Part shown: positions 54,728 to 64,000 of the stretch, piece after piece
Layout of the letters: the number at the start of each line of letters is the position of its first letter
How positions within the stretch are numbered: the stretch's first letter is position 1
Assembly: GCA_964597075.1 (NCBI GenBank)
Contig: CAZQXC010000001.1
Coordinates: forward strand, 4,907 to 68,906
Length of the DNA: 64,000 nt
Source of the DNA: an uncultured Roseivirgaceae bacterium
GTDB lineage: Bacteria; Bacteroidota; Bacteroidia; Cytophagales; Cyclobacteriaceae
Reading direction: 5' to 3'
Translations under genes and position numbers: made by a program
Notes under the pieces: generated by a model
Database searches by the model: none
What the model saw: only the letters and a program-made list of their open reading frames with translations
Told to the model about the DNA's origin: nothing

Positions 54728-56710
54728 ATGACTAATAACAATAACAAAATATATAAATATATAATAATAATAAGCCTACTCTACTTGTTTGTGCATAACC
54801 CAATTAATGTACAAGCACAGAATCAGGCAGATATTCAGTTGGCCAATGAATACTTATTAAAAGGCGACAAACTAAAAGCAATTGAACTTTATCGCGATCT
54901 GGCGAAAAGTGATGCCAACATTGCTTTTATTCACAATAACTACCTCAACACACTTTTGGATTTGGGTGAGAGCGAGGAAGCTCAAAACTACATCAAGCGG
55001 GTTTTGCGCAAAGACCCTGAAAACATTCAATTTAAAGCCGATGTTGGAGTAATTTATGTTCGCACCGGTGATGTAACAAAGGCAGATAGATACTTTAGAG
55101 ACCTTATTAATTCGTATAAGAGCAATGTTTCACGTTCCAAGTTACTGGCTGATTATTTGTCTGGAAAGTCGCTTTCTGAATATTCTATAATGGCATTAAC
55201 AGAATGTCGTCAGACGGTAGGTAATCCCTATTTGTTTTGCCTTGAGCTCGCGATGTTATATCGTATAAAAGGTGAAAAAGAAAAAATGGTTCAGGAATAC
55301 CTGAATTATGTAACTCAAAACTCCGCTAACATTCAGTACGTTAAAAATGTGATGCAGGCTTTGCTCACCAAACCTGATGAGTTGGAAAGCCTCGAGAAAA
55401 TTCTCTATGAACGCGTTCAACGCTATCCCGACCTGGATGTTTACTCCGACTTGTTGATATGGGTAACCATGCAACAGAAAAATTTCTATGCATCTTTTAT
55501 ACAGGCCAGAGCGTATGACAGGCGATACAAAAAACTGGGAGAGCGATGCATGGAAGTGGCGCGGGTTGCCCTTGATAACGAGGACTACGATAATGCGTTC
55601 AGAAGTTATAAATACGTGGTTAAGGAATATCCAACCGGACCTTACTTTTTGCAGGCGCGCCTCGGACTGGTGAAAACACGAGAAGCGCGGGTACGTAATA
55701 CTTTTCCCGTTCAGCAGGACTCGGTTAGAAACCTTATAGCCGACTATAGCGCGTTCATTCAGGAATACAGAGACAACCCGAATGCACACGAAGCACAACG
55801 AAGCGAGGCATTACTGCATGCAAATTATCTGGATGAAAAGGACAAAGCCGTTGAATTATTAAACAATCTGATTGAAAACCCGCGTGCATCGTTACAGATA
55901 AAATCAAAATCAAAGCTGGATTTAGGCGATATCTATTTATTGAAAGGAGAGACCTGGGAATCTTCATTACTCTATTCACAGGTGGAGAAATCTTTGAAAG
56001 AAAGTCCGCTGGGATATGAGGCTAAACTGAAAAACGCCAAATTATTCTACTACAAAGGAAATTTCAGGTTAGCGCAAGAGCACCTGGATATTTTGAAAGA
56101 AGCCACCACACGAGAGATAGCCAACGATGCCATGGAACTGAGCATGCGCATAAAAGAAAATATAGCTTTTGATTCCGTTGGAGATGCTCTGCAGGCTTAT
56201 GCCTTGGTAGAACTTCTGTTGTACCAGAATAAAACCGATGAAGCATTAGATGCGCTTAATAATCTTCGGGAGGGTTATGTTATAATTCCGATCTATGACG
56301 CTAAAATTATGATTACGCATGATTGGGAGGCAACTCTGTTTAAAGCAAAGCTCGGGGATACAATTGAAGTAGCCGGAAGGGCTATTAAAAAACCGGTATC
56401 CAATCAAACCATTCTTGATGATGTATACTGGCTGGAGGCAAACATCCGGATGCAGCGTGGCGAGTTTGAAAAATCGTTAGGGTTGCTGCAAAAAATATTG
56501 CACGAATTCCCAGATGATATTTTTGCAGACGATGCCTACTTTTTACAAGGTGATATTTATGAGCGGCAACTTGCCAATACCGATAAGGCCATGGAAATCT
56601 ACCGCGAGTTTCTAAACAAATATCCGGGAAGTGTTTATGCCGCAGAGGCGAGGAAGCGTTTCAGGGCGCTTCGGGGAGATTTTATTAATCAGGAGCAACC
56701 TCAATTGTAA
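54728..56710 (+). CDS. Tetratricopeptide-repeat protein (secreted or anchored)
   Basis: Hydrophobic N-terminus and multiple TPR-like helical pairs throughout (..AIELYRDLAK.., ..AMEIYREFLNKYPGSVYAAEA..). Confidence 0.65.
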   Translation: MTNNNNKIYKYIIIISLLYLFVHNPINVQAQNQADIQLANEYLLKGDKLKAIELYRDLAKSDANIAFIHNNYLNTLLDLGESEEAQNYIKRVLRKDPENIQFKADVGVIYVRTGDVTKADRYFRDLINSYKSNVSRSKLLADYLSGKSLSEYSIMALTECRQTVGNPYLFCLELAMLYRIKGEKEKMVQEYLNYVTQNSANIQYVKNVMQALLTKPDELESLEKILYERVQRYPDLDVYSDLLIWVTMQQKNFYASFIQARAYDRRYKKLGERCMEVARVALDNEDYDNAFRSYKYVVKEYPTGPYFLQARLGLVKTREARVRNTFPVQQDSVRNLIADYSAFIQEYRDNPNAHEAQRSEALLHANYLDEKDKAVELLNNLIENPRASLQIKSKSKLDLGDIYLLKGETWESSLLYSQVEKSLKESPLGYEAKLKNAKLFYYKGNFRLAQEHLDILKEATTREIANDAMELSMRIKENIAFDSVGDALQAYALVELLLYQNKTDEALDALNNLREGYVIIPIYDAKIMITHDWEATLFKAKLGDTIEVAGRAIKKPVSNQTILDDVYWLEANIRMQRGEFEKSLGLLQKILHEFPDDIFADDAYFLQGDIYERQLANTDKAMEIYREFLNKYPGSVYAAEARKRFRALRGDFINQEQPQL

Positions 56711-56902
56711 GTTGTTGAACATTATTATTAAGTACCGAAACATCGAACCGGTTACCAACGGCTCTAATCACACCATTCGCTCCTAATAAATTACCACTCA
56801 CTCCTCAAGCAATACGGTTTAGTCCTAACCTCTAAGACAAAGTGCTATTCATCGGGTTTTAAGGTTGTTGAATTTTTAACAATAACTTTAAACATACCTA
56901 TT

Positions 56903-58315
56903 ATGAAAACAAAACAATTTTTTTTTAAAGAATGGCTCAGTAAGGCCAAAGTTACATTGATTGCATTAGCAATTGTCACGCTAACCATATCAAGCTGTAA
57001 CGATGATGACAATTCGGTACAGCCAACACAAAACATTGTGGTGTTGGCTCAGGGTAACAGCAACTTAACATCATTGGTTGCCGCCCTTGTTAAATTTCCT
57101 GATCTGGTAACAACCCTGAGCGGAACAGGAAATTTCACTGTTTTTGCACCAACTAACGAAGCATTTGCCGGATTGCTAACCGCTATTGGTCAGTCGAGCT
57201 TAGATGATATACCAGAAGATGTATTGCGTGATGTATTGGAGTACCATGTTGTTGCTGGTGCAGCCGTTAGGTCAACGCAGCTTACTGCAGGACCCGTGGA
57301 AACTGTGGGCGGTGAAGACATTACGGTAAGCCTAACAGGTGGAATAAAATTAAACGGAAGTGTCAGAGTAGTTACGGCCGATGTGGAAGCAACCAATGGT
57401 ATTGTCCATGTTATTGATGCGGTGCTTGTGCCACCTTCAATTTCACCCATAGTTGGAACGATTGTAGCCCCTGCATTTTTCAATAAAGATTTTACAACAC
57501 TGATCGCTGCTGTCAAAGCAGCCTCTCCAACGATTCTTCAGACATTATTGAACTCCGATGAGAAAACCTTATTTGCTCCAACCAACGCGGCCTTTACAGC
57601 AGCAGGCATTACATCATTGCCCAATCAAGCAACCCTTGATGCGGTGCTTACTTATCATGTTATTGACGCAAAAGTGATGGCTGCTGATATTGCTAATAGT
57701 AGCTCATCAGCCGAAACGCTGAACGGAAATATCTACCTGAGCAAAGGAACAGCCGGTGTATTTATTAATGGAACAACTCAAGTAACATCAACAGATATTT
57801 CCGGATCTAATGGCGTTGTTCATGTTATTAACAGAACGCTTTTACCTCCGTCACAAACTATTGCCCAGATCGCAGTTGCTGCTTCTACGGCATCATCTCC
57901 ACAATTTACACAATTGGTTGCAGCCCTTACTAAGGTTCCAGCGTTGTTAAATGCAGCCGGAGCCCCGGGTAATTTAACCGTATTTGCGCCAACGGATGCA
58001 GCCTTCCAGGCCTTATATACAGCTTTAAATGTTGTTGACTTAAATGCACTTGAGGCTCTTATTGGTAATGAGAAACTAACAGAAGTACTTGAACACCACA
58101 TTGTGGGGGCGCGTGTTTTCTCAACCGATCTGACCAGCGGATCAGTGCCTATGCTTAACCAGAGTGTGACAGTGAATTTGTCTAATCTAACGATAACCGA
58201 TGCTAATGGAAGTACACCTCCTGCAGGCTTAGTAAGCGCATCACTTAACATCCATGCAACAAATGGTGTTATTCATGCCATCGATAAAGTTCTTATTCCT
58301 ACAGGTATTTTATAG
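56903..58315 (+). CDS. Fasciclin (FAS1) multi-domain lipoprotein
   Basis: Lipobox (TISSCN) and three repeats of TVFAPTNEAF...NG(I/V)VHVID motifs. Confidence 0.85.
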   Translation: MKTKQFFFKEWLSKAKVTLIALAIVTLTISSCNDDDNSVQPTQNIVVLAQGNSNLTSLVAALVKFPDLVTTLSGTGNFTVFAPTNEAFAGLLTAIGQSSLDDIPEDVLRDVLEYHVVAGAAVRSTQLTAGPVETVGGEDITVSLTGGIKLNGSVRVVTADVEATNGIVHVIDAVLVPPSISPIVGTIVAPAFFNKDFTTLIAAVKAASPTILQTLLNSDEKTLFAPTNAAFTAAGITSLPNQATLDAVLTYHVIDAKVMAADIANSSSSAETLNGNIYLSKGTAGVFINGTTQVTSTDISGSNGVVHVINRTLLPPSQTIAQIAVAASTASSPQFTQLVAALTKVPALLNAAGAPGNLTVFAPTDAAFQALYTALNVVDLNALEALIGNEKLTEVLEHHIVGARVFSTDLTSGSVPMLNQSVTVNLSNLTITDANGSTPPAGLVSASLNIHATNGVIHAIDKVLIPTGIL

Positions 58316-58338
58316 GTAGAGGGGTAGGTTTAGGTGTG

Positions 58339-58371
58339 AAGAGTCCCGTGCAATTCTGCGGGACTTCTTCT
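58339..58371 (+). terminator. Probable terminator hairpin after the fasciclin gene
   Basis: GAAGAGTCCCG-tgcaattctg-CGGGACT(T)CTTC. The T-run is weak. Confidence 0.45.
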
Positions 58372-58411
58372 ATATAAATGATTTTGTACATTCGATTTAA
58401 ATTAATGCACC

Positions 58412-59437
58412 GTGTTTAAAGTTCGTTACCGGTATCTTTTTATTCTTGCGCTGGCAATTTATTCCTACCTGAATATCCGGTATACAGTAGGGGATAAACT
58501 TTTTGACTTCCCGCTTTCCGGCACGTTGCTTTTCTTAACGCTGGCCGTGGTGGTATTGGGTGTTTGGGAACTCAATCGCCTGGTTGAAAGCCGGCTGGGA
58601 AAATTGCACACCTTTTTCAATAAAAGAGTGCACCCGCTACTTATCATATTTTTACTGAGCCTGGTAAATGTGGCCGTGGTTTGCTTCTTTTCCATGCAGG
58701 CCTTATATACTGTAGCCGCGATACCGGTTCAGATAAACGCGGAACATCTTACCCTGCTTATGGCTTTTGGTTTTCGGGTAAACTTGTTTTTGAATTGTGT
58801 TAACGCCATTGTGTTTTTCATGGAAAAACTCAAAAAAACACAGCTGGAAGCGGAGCAATTAAAAAAAGTATCCATTGAAGCACAGTTTGAGGCACTTCGA
58901 AATCAGATTAATCCACACTTCTTGTTTAACTGTTTAAATGCACTTTCAACGTTAGTGTATAAAGACGCAGAAACATCTGCAAAATTTATCGATCAGTTGG
59001 CTACAGTATATCGCTACCTGCTCTACAACCAAGAGAAGAAGGTCGTTTCGCTTAAAGAAGAGTTGGCATTTATCGAATCGTACCTCTATTTGCTCAAGAT
59101 AAGATTTGGCGAAAATATTTTGATAAGAAATGAAATAAATGGTGAGAGCGATAAGTTCTATGTGGCCCCAGCGGTATTGCAAATGCTGATTGAAAATGCT
59201 ATTAAACATAATGTGGTCTCTAAAAAATTTCCATTGGAAATATGCCTTCATTTAGAAAAGGATTTCATTGTGGTAAGTAACACCCTACGATCCAAAGAAA
59301 TCAAAGAGGAGTCTACATATCTTGGACTCAAAAACATTCAGAGTCGGTATGAGTTTTTAAGTGACCGGAAAGTAGAGATTAATGGTACAGACAATCAGTT
59401 CACCGTAAAAATTCCACTATTGGAGCTTGTTGAATGA
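58412..59437 (+). CDS. LytS/YehU-type sensor histidine kinase
   Basis: About 4 TM helices, then a His_kinase motif (NPHFLFNCLN) and an HATPase region (IENAIKHN). The start is GTG. Confidence 0.85.
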   Translation: MFKVRYRYLFILALAIYSYLNIRYTVGDKLFDFPLSGTLLFLTLAVVVLGVWELNRLVESRLGKLHTFFNKRVHPLLIIFLLSLVNVAVVCFFSMQALYTVAAIPVQINAEHLTLLMAFGFRVNLFLNCVNAIVFFMEKLKKTQLEAEQLKKVSIEAQFEALRNQINPHFLFNCLNALSTLVYKDAETSAKFIDQLATVYRYLLYNQEKKVVSLKEELAFIESYLYLLKIRFGENILIRNEINGESDKFYVAPAVLQMLIENAIKHNVVSKKFPLEICLHLEKDFIVVSNTLRSKEIKEESTYLGLKNIQSRYEFLSDRKVEINGTDNQFTVKIPLLELVE

Positions 59438-60195
59438 GAGTATTAATTGCCGAAGATGAGCCCCTTGCTGCTGAGCGCCTCATTGGCCTTTTAAAGGAAT
59501 GTGACCCCTCCCTTGTGGTGATGGACCATGTTGACAGCGTAGAAGACCTGGTTCGTATTTTGGCAGCACCAAATTCAATTGACCTGCTTTTACTGGACAT
59601 TCAATTGGCTGATGGAAAAAGTTTTGAGGCCTTTGATAAAACTCAGATCGATAAACCCATTATTTTCACTACGGCCTATGATGAATATGCGATACAGGCG
59701 TTTAAACATTATAGTATTGATTATTTATTAAAGCCGGTTAAAAAATCTGAATTACAAATTGCCCTGGATAAATTCCGCAGGGTTACTGTGAAGTCTTTTC
59801 AACCCGAAGAAATGGCGCTGCTTAAGGAAGTACTGAAGCAAAGTAACACCACATATAAGGAGCGCTTTCTACTCAAAGCTGGTAATAAACTACAATTCAA
59901 ATTGGCCAGTGAAGTCGCGTACTTTTTTGCTGATGGCAAAGTAGCCTACCTGATCACCAAGAAGGACAACCGTAAATTCATGATTGATCAAACGCTGGAA
60001 GAACTTGAAAATTTGCTTGATCCGGTATCGTTCTTCCGCATAAGCCGAAAGTTTATTGTCAGCATTGACGCCATTGCAGAAGTGAAAGGACTAATCAGTT
60101 CACGCATGGAATTAAAACTCAACCAGGCTTGTGAACACGACCTAACCATTAGCCGCGAGCGGGTGCATGCCTTCAAAAATTGGCTTGATCGCTAA
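59434..60195 (+). CDS. LytTR-family response regulator
   Basis: REC domain (RVLIAEDE...LLLLDIQL) with a C-terminal LytTR (FFRISRKFIV). It has an ATGA overlap with the kinase gene. Confidence 0.9.
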   Translation: MRVLIAEDEPLAAERLIGLLKECDPSLVVMDHVDSVEDLVRILAAPNSIDLLLLDIQLADGKSFEAFDKTQIDKPIIFTTAYDEYAIQAFKHYSIDYLLKPVKKSELQIALDKFRRVTVKSFQPEEMALLKEVLKQSNTTYKERFLLKAGNKLQFKLASEVAYFFADGKVAYLITKKDNRKFMIDQTLEELENLLDPVSFFRISRKFIVSIDAIAEVKGLISSRMELKLNQACEHDLTISRERVHAFKNWLDR

Positions 60196-60229
60196 ATGCT
60201 TTTTATCTTAGCGGAATGTTACAATAATT

Positions 60230-60586
60230 ATGAAAACTATAATTCTGCTCTGTATCCTTGTTCTTCCGCTTTTTGTGTTCGCACAAGAGACTCCTGTTTC
60301 GGATGTTGACTCACTAAAGAGAGAAATTCTTCTACTTCGGGCAGATGTAGACCAAATTCAACTTAACCTGGCCACATCACAAAAAAAATTTAAATCAGGG
60401 ATTATTGTGGCCACGATTGGTTACACGGTTACCATTGCTGGCGGCCTAATGTTGGGAAGAAAATATGATGACCTTGGAAAAGTGTTGCTGGTTAGCGGGG
60501 GGGTTACCGGAATTACCGGAACCTTCATGATGACCGATGCCTTCAAATACCTGAACCGAAAGAATTCGTCCCATAAGCCAAACTGA
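60230..60586 (+). CDS. Hypothetical signal-peptide protein with two C-terminal TM helices
   Basis: Signal peptide, a short coiled segment, and Gly-rich TM helices. Confidence 0.45.
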   Translation: MKTIILLCILVLPLFVFAQETPVSDVDSLKREILLLRADVDQIQLNLATSQKKFKSGIIVATIGYTVTIAGGLMLGRKYDDLGKVLLVSGGVTGITGTFMMTDAFKYLNRKNSSHKPN

Positions 60587-60664
60587 AACGGGTCACTGAT
60601 AAATATCATTGAAGATTCACATTCTTGTATGCATCTTTGCGGTTGTATTCAGCCAAATACAGTC

Positions 60665-61324
60665 ATGAAATTCGATAAAATTCACAATAAAGGTCAGGCC
60701 CGTTTATTTGATAATCGTTTTCTGGAAATGCTGACCAAAGCGCATCCACTCGTTATATGGGGTATGTATATACCTGTAATTTCTTATTTGCTTTATTACA
60801 GTAATGCCACGTTGAGCCATCCCGTTTATATGGTTGTTCTGGTATTTTTGGCGGGTATGTTTTTCTGGTCCTTCTTTGAATACCTGGCCCATCGGTTTGT
60901 TTTTCATATTATTCCACAAACAGAACGATCACGAAAAGTCGTTTATATCATGCACGGAAATCATCATGAATACCCACGGGATAAGCAACGTCTTTTTATG
61001 CCTCCAATTCCAAGCTTGATTATTGCCTCTACCATCTTTGGGTTGACACACCTGGCACTAGGACCCTATGCGTTTATGTTTTTTCCCGGTTTTTTATTGG
61101 GTTATCTGATTTATGGAAGCATGCATTATGCCATTCATGCCTGGAACCCGCCATATAAGTGGATGAAAGGGTTGTGGAGAAATCACCATCTTCATCACTA
61201 CAAAAATGATCACCTGGGCTTTGGTGTGAGCTCTACTTTATGGGATCACGTTTTTGGAACCATGTTCGATCTAAAAAACGAGAAAGAGGACAAAGAGAAA
61301 GTTAAGGAGTTGATGTACGAGTAG
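60665..61324 (+). CDS. Fatty acid hydroxylase / sterol desaturase family membrane di-iron enzyme
   Basis: The start is re-picked to the ATG at 60665. His boxes are HRFVFH, HGNHHEYP and HHLHHY. Confidence 0.8.
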   Translation: MKFDKIHNKGQARLFDNRFLEMLTKAHPLVIWGMYIPVISYLLYYSNATLSHPVYMVVLVFLAGMFFWSFFEYLAHRFVFHIIPQTERSRKVVYIMHGNHHEYPRDKQRLFMPPIPSLIIASTIFGLTHLALGPYAFMFFPGFLLGYLIYGSMHYAIHAWNPPYKWMKGLWRNHHLHHYKNDHLGFGVSSTLWDHVFGTMFDLKNEKEDKEKVKELMYE

Positions 61325-62413
61325 TTACTCCTTGTGTTTTGCCTCACTGATCATCAGGAATTCAGCAATATTTTCTGTATCAATCATGCCGATTAATTGA
61401 CCCGCTGAAAAAACAGGCGCAGCAGTTTTGCGCGTTGTTTGCATAGCGGTCCAGGCTTCTTCTAGCGAAGAGTTTATGTCCAGTGAAATGAAATCGGGAT
61501 TCATAGCCTCTGATACAGAATTCGTAAACTTTCCTTCACGTAAGGCCTTTATTATTTCGTCCCGGTTTAGCGTGCCAACCACACGGCTACCATCGGCCAC
61601 GATAAAATTTTTGTTCTGGGAAGCCAGTAAGCGATCAGAGCAGTATTCTATGGTATCATCAGGTTTTACGATTGGAATGTCGCGCATCAACGCGTCTGCT
61701 ACGGTGTACCCTTTTAGTAATGATTTGGTTTCAGCAAATTGTGCTTCTGCCTGCGCGCCAAGAAAAATGAAGATACCGATGAATACCAGGAAGGGGTTAT
61801 AGAAAAATCCAACGAAGACAAATCCAACGGCCAATAGCTGGCCCACCGATGCAGCGATTCGCGTGGCAACATTACGCTCAAACTTAAAAGACAACAATGC
61901 GCGGAATACACGGCCACCGTCCATGGGGAAAGCGGGAATCATATTGAACACGGCCAGCCAAATGTTGACGACCATCAACGAAAACAAAAAATTGTGGTGA
62001 CTAAGCCGCGTTAAATCCATTTCTTCAATAACATTAGGACTGAGCTTAATGAAAGGGAACAGAATTCCGGCTATGATGATATTTACAAGGGGCCCGGCCA
62101 ATGCTACCACTAACTCTTCTTTTGGTTTTTCCGGGATGGATTCGAGTTGGGCCAATCCACCAATGGGCAGTAATGTAATATTTCGTGTTTTAATGTTGTA
62201 CCGTTTGGCCGCAAGCGCATGCCCAAGTTCATGCGCGGTAACACAGGCAAACAGGGTTAAAATAAACAACACACTCCAGATTATATCAACGGTGCCCATT
62301 CCCTGCTTCAGGTTGATGTACACAATCCACCCGATGAGAATCAAGAATGTCCAATGAACAAAAATCTGAATACCGGCCACACGCCCTAACGATAGGGAAT
62401 ACTTCATCTTCAT
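61325..62413 (-). CDS. Site-2 (M50) metalloprotease with tandem CBS domains
   Basis: HELGHAL zinc motif, multiple TM helices, and C-terminal CBS-like repeats. Confidence 0.85.
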   Translation of the reverse strand: MKMKYSLSLGRVAGIQIFVHWTFLILIGWIVYINLKQGMGTVDIIWSVLFILTLFACVTAHELGHALAAKRYNIKTRNITLLPIGGLAQLESIPEKPKEELVVALAGPLVNIIIAGILFPFIKLSPNVIEEMDLTRLSHHNFLFSLMVVNIWLAVFNMIPAFPMDGGRVFRALLSFKFERNVATRIAASVGQLLAVGFVFVGFFYNPFLVFIGIFIFLGAQAEAQFAETKSLLKGYTVADALMRDIPIVKPDDTIEYCSDRLLASQNKNFIVADGSRVVGTLNRDEIIKALREGKFTNSVSEAMNPDFISLDINSSLEEAWTAMQTTRKTAAPVFSAGQLIGMIDTENIAEFLMISEAKHKE

Positions 62414-62426
62414 AACTTAAAGTAAA

Positions 62427-63254
62427 TCAATTAGCAGGTAATTGAATATGACTTCCATCAGGATTTAGATGATTCAAAAAGGATTCGGTTACATTATTTA
62501 CAACTTCTGGCTGCTCAAGGCTTGCACTATGCCCAGCACCCGTTATAATTTCAAGTACCGAACCGTTGATTTGCTTGTGTATACGCTTTGCTTTTTCCGG
62601 AACGGTGGCAACATCCTCATCACCCACCAGCACCAGGGTTGGCAAGGCAATGCTTTTAATTTCTTCGTAAACACTTGCCCGGTCGATTACTCCCTTTACT
62701 GATTTAGTAATGGATTTTTTCAATGCCAAGATATGACGTTCCCAATACGTGCGCTCGGCTGTGCGTTCAGGATCGGTGAGAAAACTTTTACCAAACAAAA
62801 TGTTCATGATTTTTTGTTGAATAGGTCTACTGCCGGCCACAGCAAAAATCAAGTTCAACAAATTGTATTTCAATTTAAAAACCTCTGCATCGGCAGAGGT
62901 ATCCATCAATACAAGACTTTTTAAAAGATGAGGCTTACGTGCCGCCAGGCGCATGCCCACAAATCCGCCCATACTTAACCCCACAAAGTGAACGGGAGCC
63001 AATTGAAGATTTTCGATCAACGCAGAGGCGTCAAGAAACAAACTATCTATATCGTAACCCGATTCAGAAACTTCACTTTGTCCCTGCCCCCGGTGGTCAT
63101 AGGCAATACATCGGTAGCGGGTTTTGAAATGATCAATCTGGGCCCGGAACATTTTACTGGACATGAGCAAGCCGTGTGAAAAAACAATGGTTTCATTACC
63201 AGTGCCTTCATCGGTATAAAAAAGACTAGCGTGGTTGCAGTTACAATACGGCAT
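62427..63254 (-). CDS. Alpha/beta-fold hydrolase
   Basis: Nucleophile elbow GLSMGG, HG oxyanion motif (FSHGL) and a C-terminal GAGHS. Confidence 0.8.
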   Translation of the reverse strand: MPYCNCNHASLFYTDEGTGNETIVFSHGLLMSSKMFRAQIDHFKTRYRCIAYDHRGQGQSEVSESGYDIDSLFLDASALIENLQLAPVHFVGLSMGGFVGMRLAARKPHLLKSLVLMDTSADAEVFKLKYNLLNLIFAVAGSRPIQQKIMNILFGKSFLTDPERTAERTYWERHILALKKSITKSVKGVIDRASVYEEIKSIALPTLVLVGDEDVATVPEKAKRIHKQINGSVLEIITGAGHSASLEQPEVVNNVTESFLNHLNPDGSHIQLPAN

Positions 63255-63384
63255 TTACGAATGGTTTGGTTAAATGTATCACACAAACAGAAGGATATCA
63301 AGGAAAGTTGTCAGTAGCCACTCATCAAATGAAAGTTTTATTTGATTGTGGTTAGTTGTATTTTTCTTGGAGAATTACCGCCTC

Positions 63385-64000
63385 ATGAACTACCGCATTC
63401 TTATACTGGCGCTTCTGCTTCCTGTGGTTGCAGCAGCTCAATCTACCGTTAAAGCCCTTGTTGGCGGAACACTCATTGATGGGTATGGCGGTAAGCCATT
63501 ACAAAATTCAGTCATCATTATTGAAGGCGAACGCATACGGGCCATCGGGCAAGTGGGTGCTATCGACATTCCAAAAAATGCAGAAATAATCTCCACCGAA
63601 GGGATGAGTGTATTGCCCGGACTTTGGGATATGCACGTGCACCTGATGATCAATGGGCACAGCGATTATACGCATTGGGACAAAACCTATTTAAAACTGG
63701 CAAAAGATATTATCATGCCATCATCAGCGCATCAACTTCTGCTGGCCGGAGTAACCAGTGCGCGCGATTTAGGCGCCCCGCTTGAACCCAGTATTAATGT
63801 TCGTGATAGGATCAACAAAGGAGAAATTCCAGGGCCTACCATGTACATGAGCGGACCATTTATTCAGCACGAACCGTACCCCGGGACAGCTGAATTCCGG
63901 TGGGGTGTGAAAGGCGAAGCCGATGCGCGGGCAAAAGTTCAGCGCCTTGCCAAAGCAGGCGTGAATTGCATTAAGCTCATCGATCAGGATGAAATGACGG
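63385..64000 (+). CDS. Secreted amidohydrolase-family protein, 3'-truncated by the window edge
   Basis: I translated this manually from the ATG at 63385: MNYRILILALLLPVVAAAQ signal, then LPGLWDMHVHL (HxH motif). The frame stays open to the end of the window. It is a paralogue type of 9214..10473. Confidence 0.75.
   Translation, partial: MNYRILILALLLPVVAAAQSTVKALVGGTLIDGYGGKPLQNSVIIIEGERIRAIGQVGAIDIPKNAEIISTEGMSVLPGLWDMHVHLMINGHSDYTHWDKTYLKLAKDIIMPSSAHQLLLAGVTSARDLGAPLEPSINVRDRINKGEIPGPTMYMSGPFIQHEPYPGTAEFRWGVKGEADARAKVQRLAKAGVNCIKLIDQDEMT

Noticed and set aside
18128-58251. Long antisense ORFs sit inside strong genes, for example 18128..18526 (recJ), 21425..21841 (fumC), 40702..41115 (mfd), 47558..47845 (coiled-coil gene), 55256..55798 (TPR) and 57190..58251 (fasciclin).
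   Set aside because: Each lies wholly within a CDS that has clear family motifs. Their compositions (Ser/Thr/Ala-rich or low complexity) are typical of shadow ORFs. There is no independent evidence for them.
1-64000. I searched for CRISPR arrays, transposases, integrases, phage modules, toxin-antitoxin pairs and known defence-system hallmarks (reverse transcriptases, large standalone helicase/nuclease/ATPase clusters).
   Set aside because: I could see none by eye or in the translations. The only large helicase is a canonical Mfd. The window reads as core genome, so I do not claim a defence island.

Overview
This 64-kb window looks like core chromosome of a Bacteroidota bacterium (Cytophagia/Flavobacteriia-like). 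The supporting evidence is a GldJ/GldK-family FGE-domain lipoprotein, bacterial GH3, DUF2911 and DUF1569 proteins, lamin-tail and fasciclin surface proteins, LytS/LytTR pairs, and a TTTG-N19-TAnnTTTG promoter in front of the tRNA. I count about 57 protein genes and one tRNA-Phe(GAA). I found no rRNA, CRISPR array, transposase, integrase, phage gene or recognisable defence system.

Most genes are housekeeping: fumC, asd, mfd, recJ, lptB, mnmG, ybeY, scpB, rluB-like and a deoxynucleoside kinase. They sit among envelope and surface proteins and a few two-component regulators.

I cannot point to one clear-cut novel system. The best candidates, in order:
1. A four-gene type III polyketide synthase cassette (PKS, SAM methyltransferase, UbiA prenyltransferase, flavoprotein) at 4.5-8.5 kb, with an unpredictable phenolic-lipid or quinone-like product.
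2. A split, membrane-anchored HdrD/GlpC-like Fe-S oxidoreductase interrupted by a DinB-like DUF1569 gene at 24.8-27.9 kb.
3. A minus-strand operon in which a Cys-depleted DksA carries a histone-H1-like Lys/Ala tail, next to scpB and an rluB with a long basic repeat extension (29.6-32.3 kb).
4. An exact 14-nt CACGTG-centred motif present three times within 3 kb, two copies forming a perfect inverted repeat between ybeY and mnmG.

Every functional call comes from reading motifs in the translations. No database search, HMM, folding or statistics program was run. Several ORF-track starts are non-ATG (TTG/GTG), and I re-picked starts where the sequence supported it.
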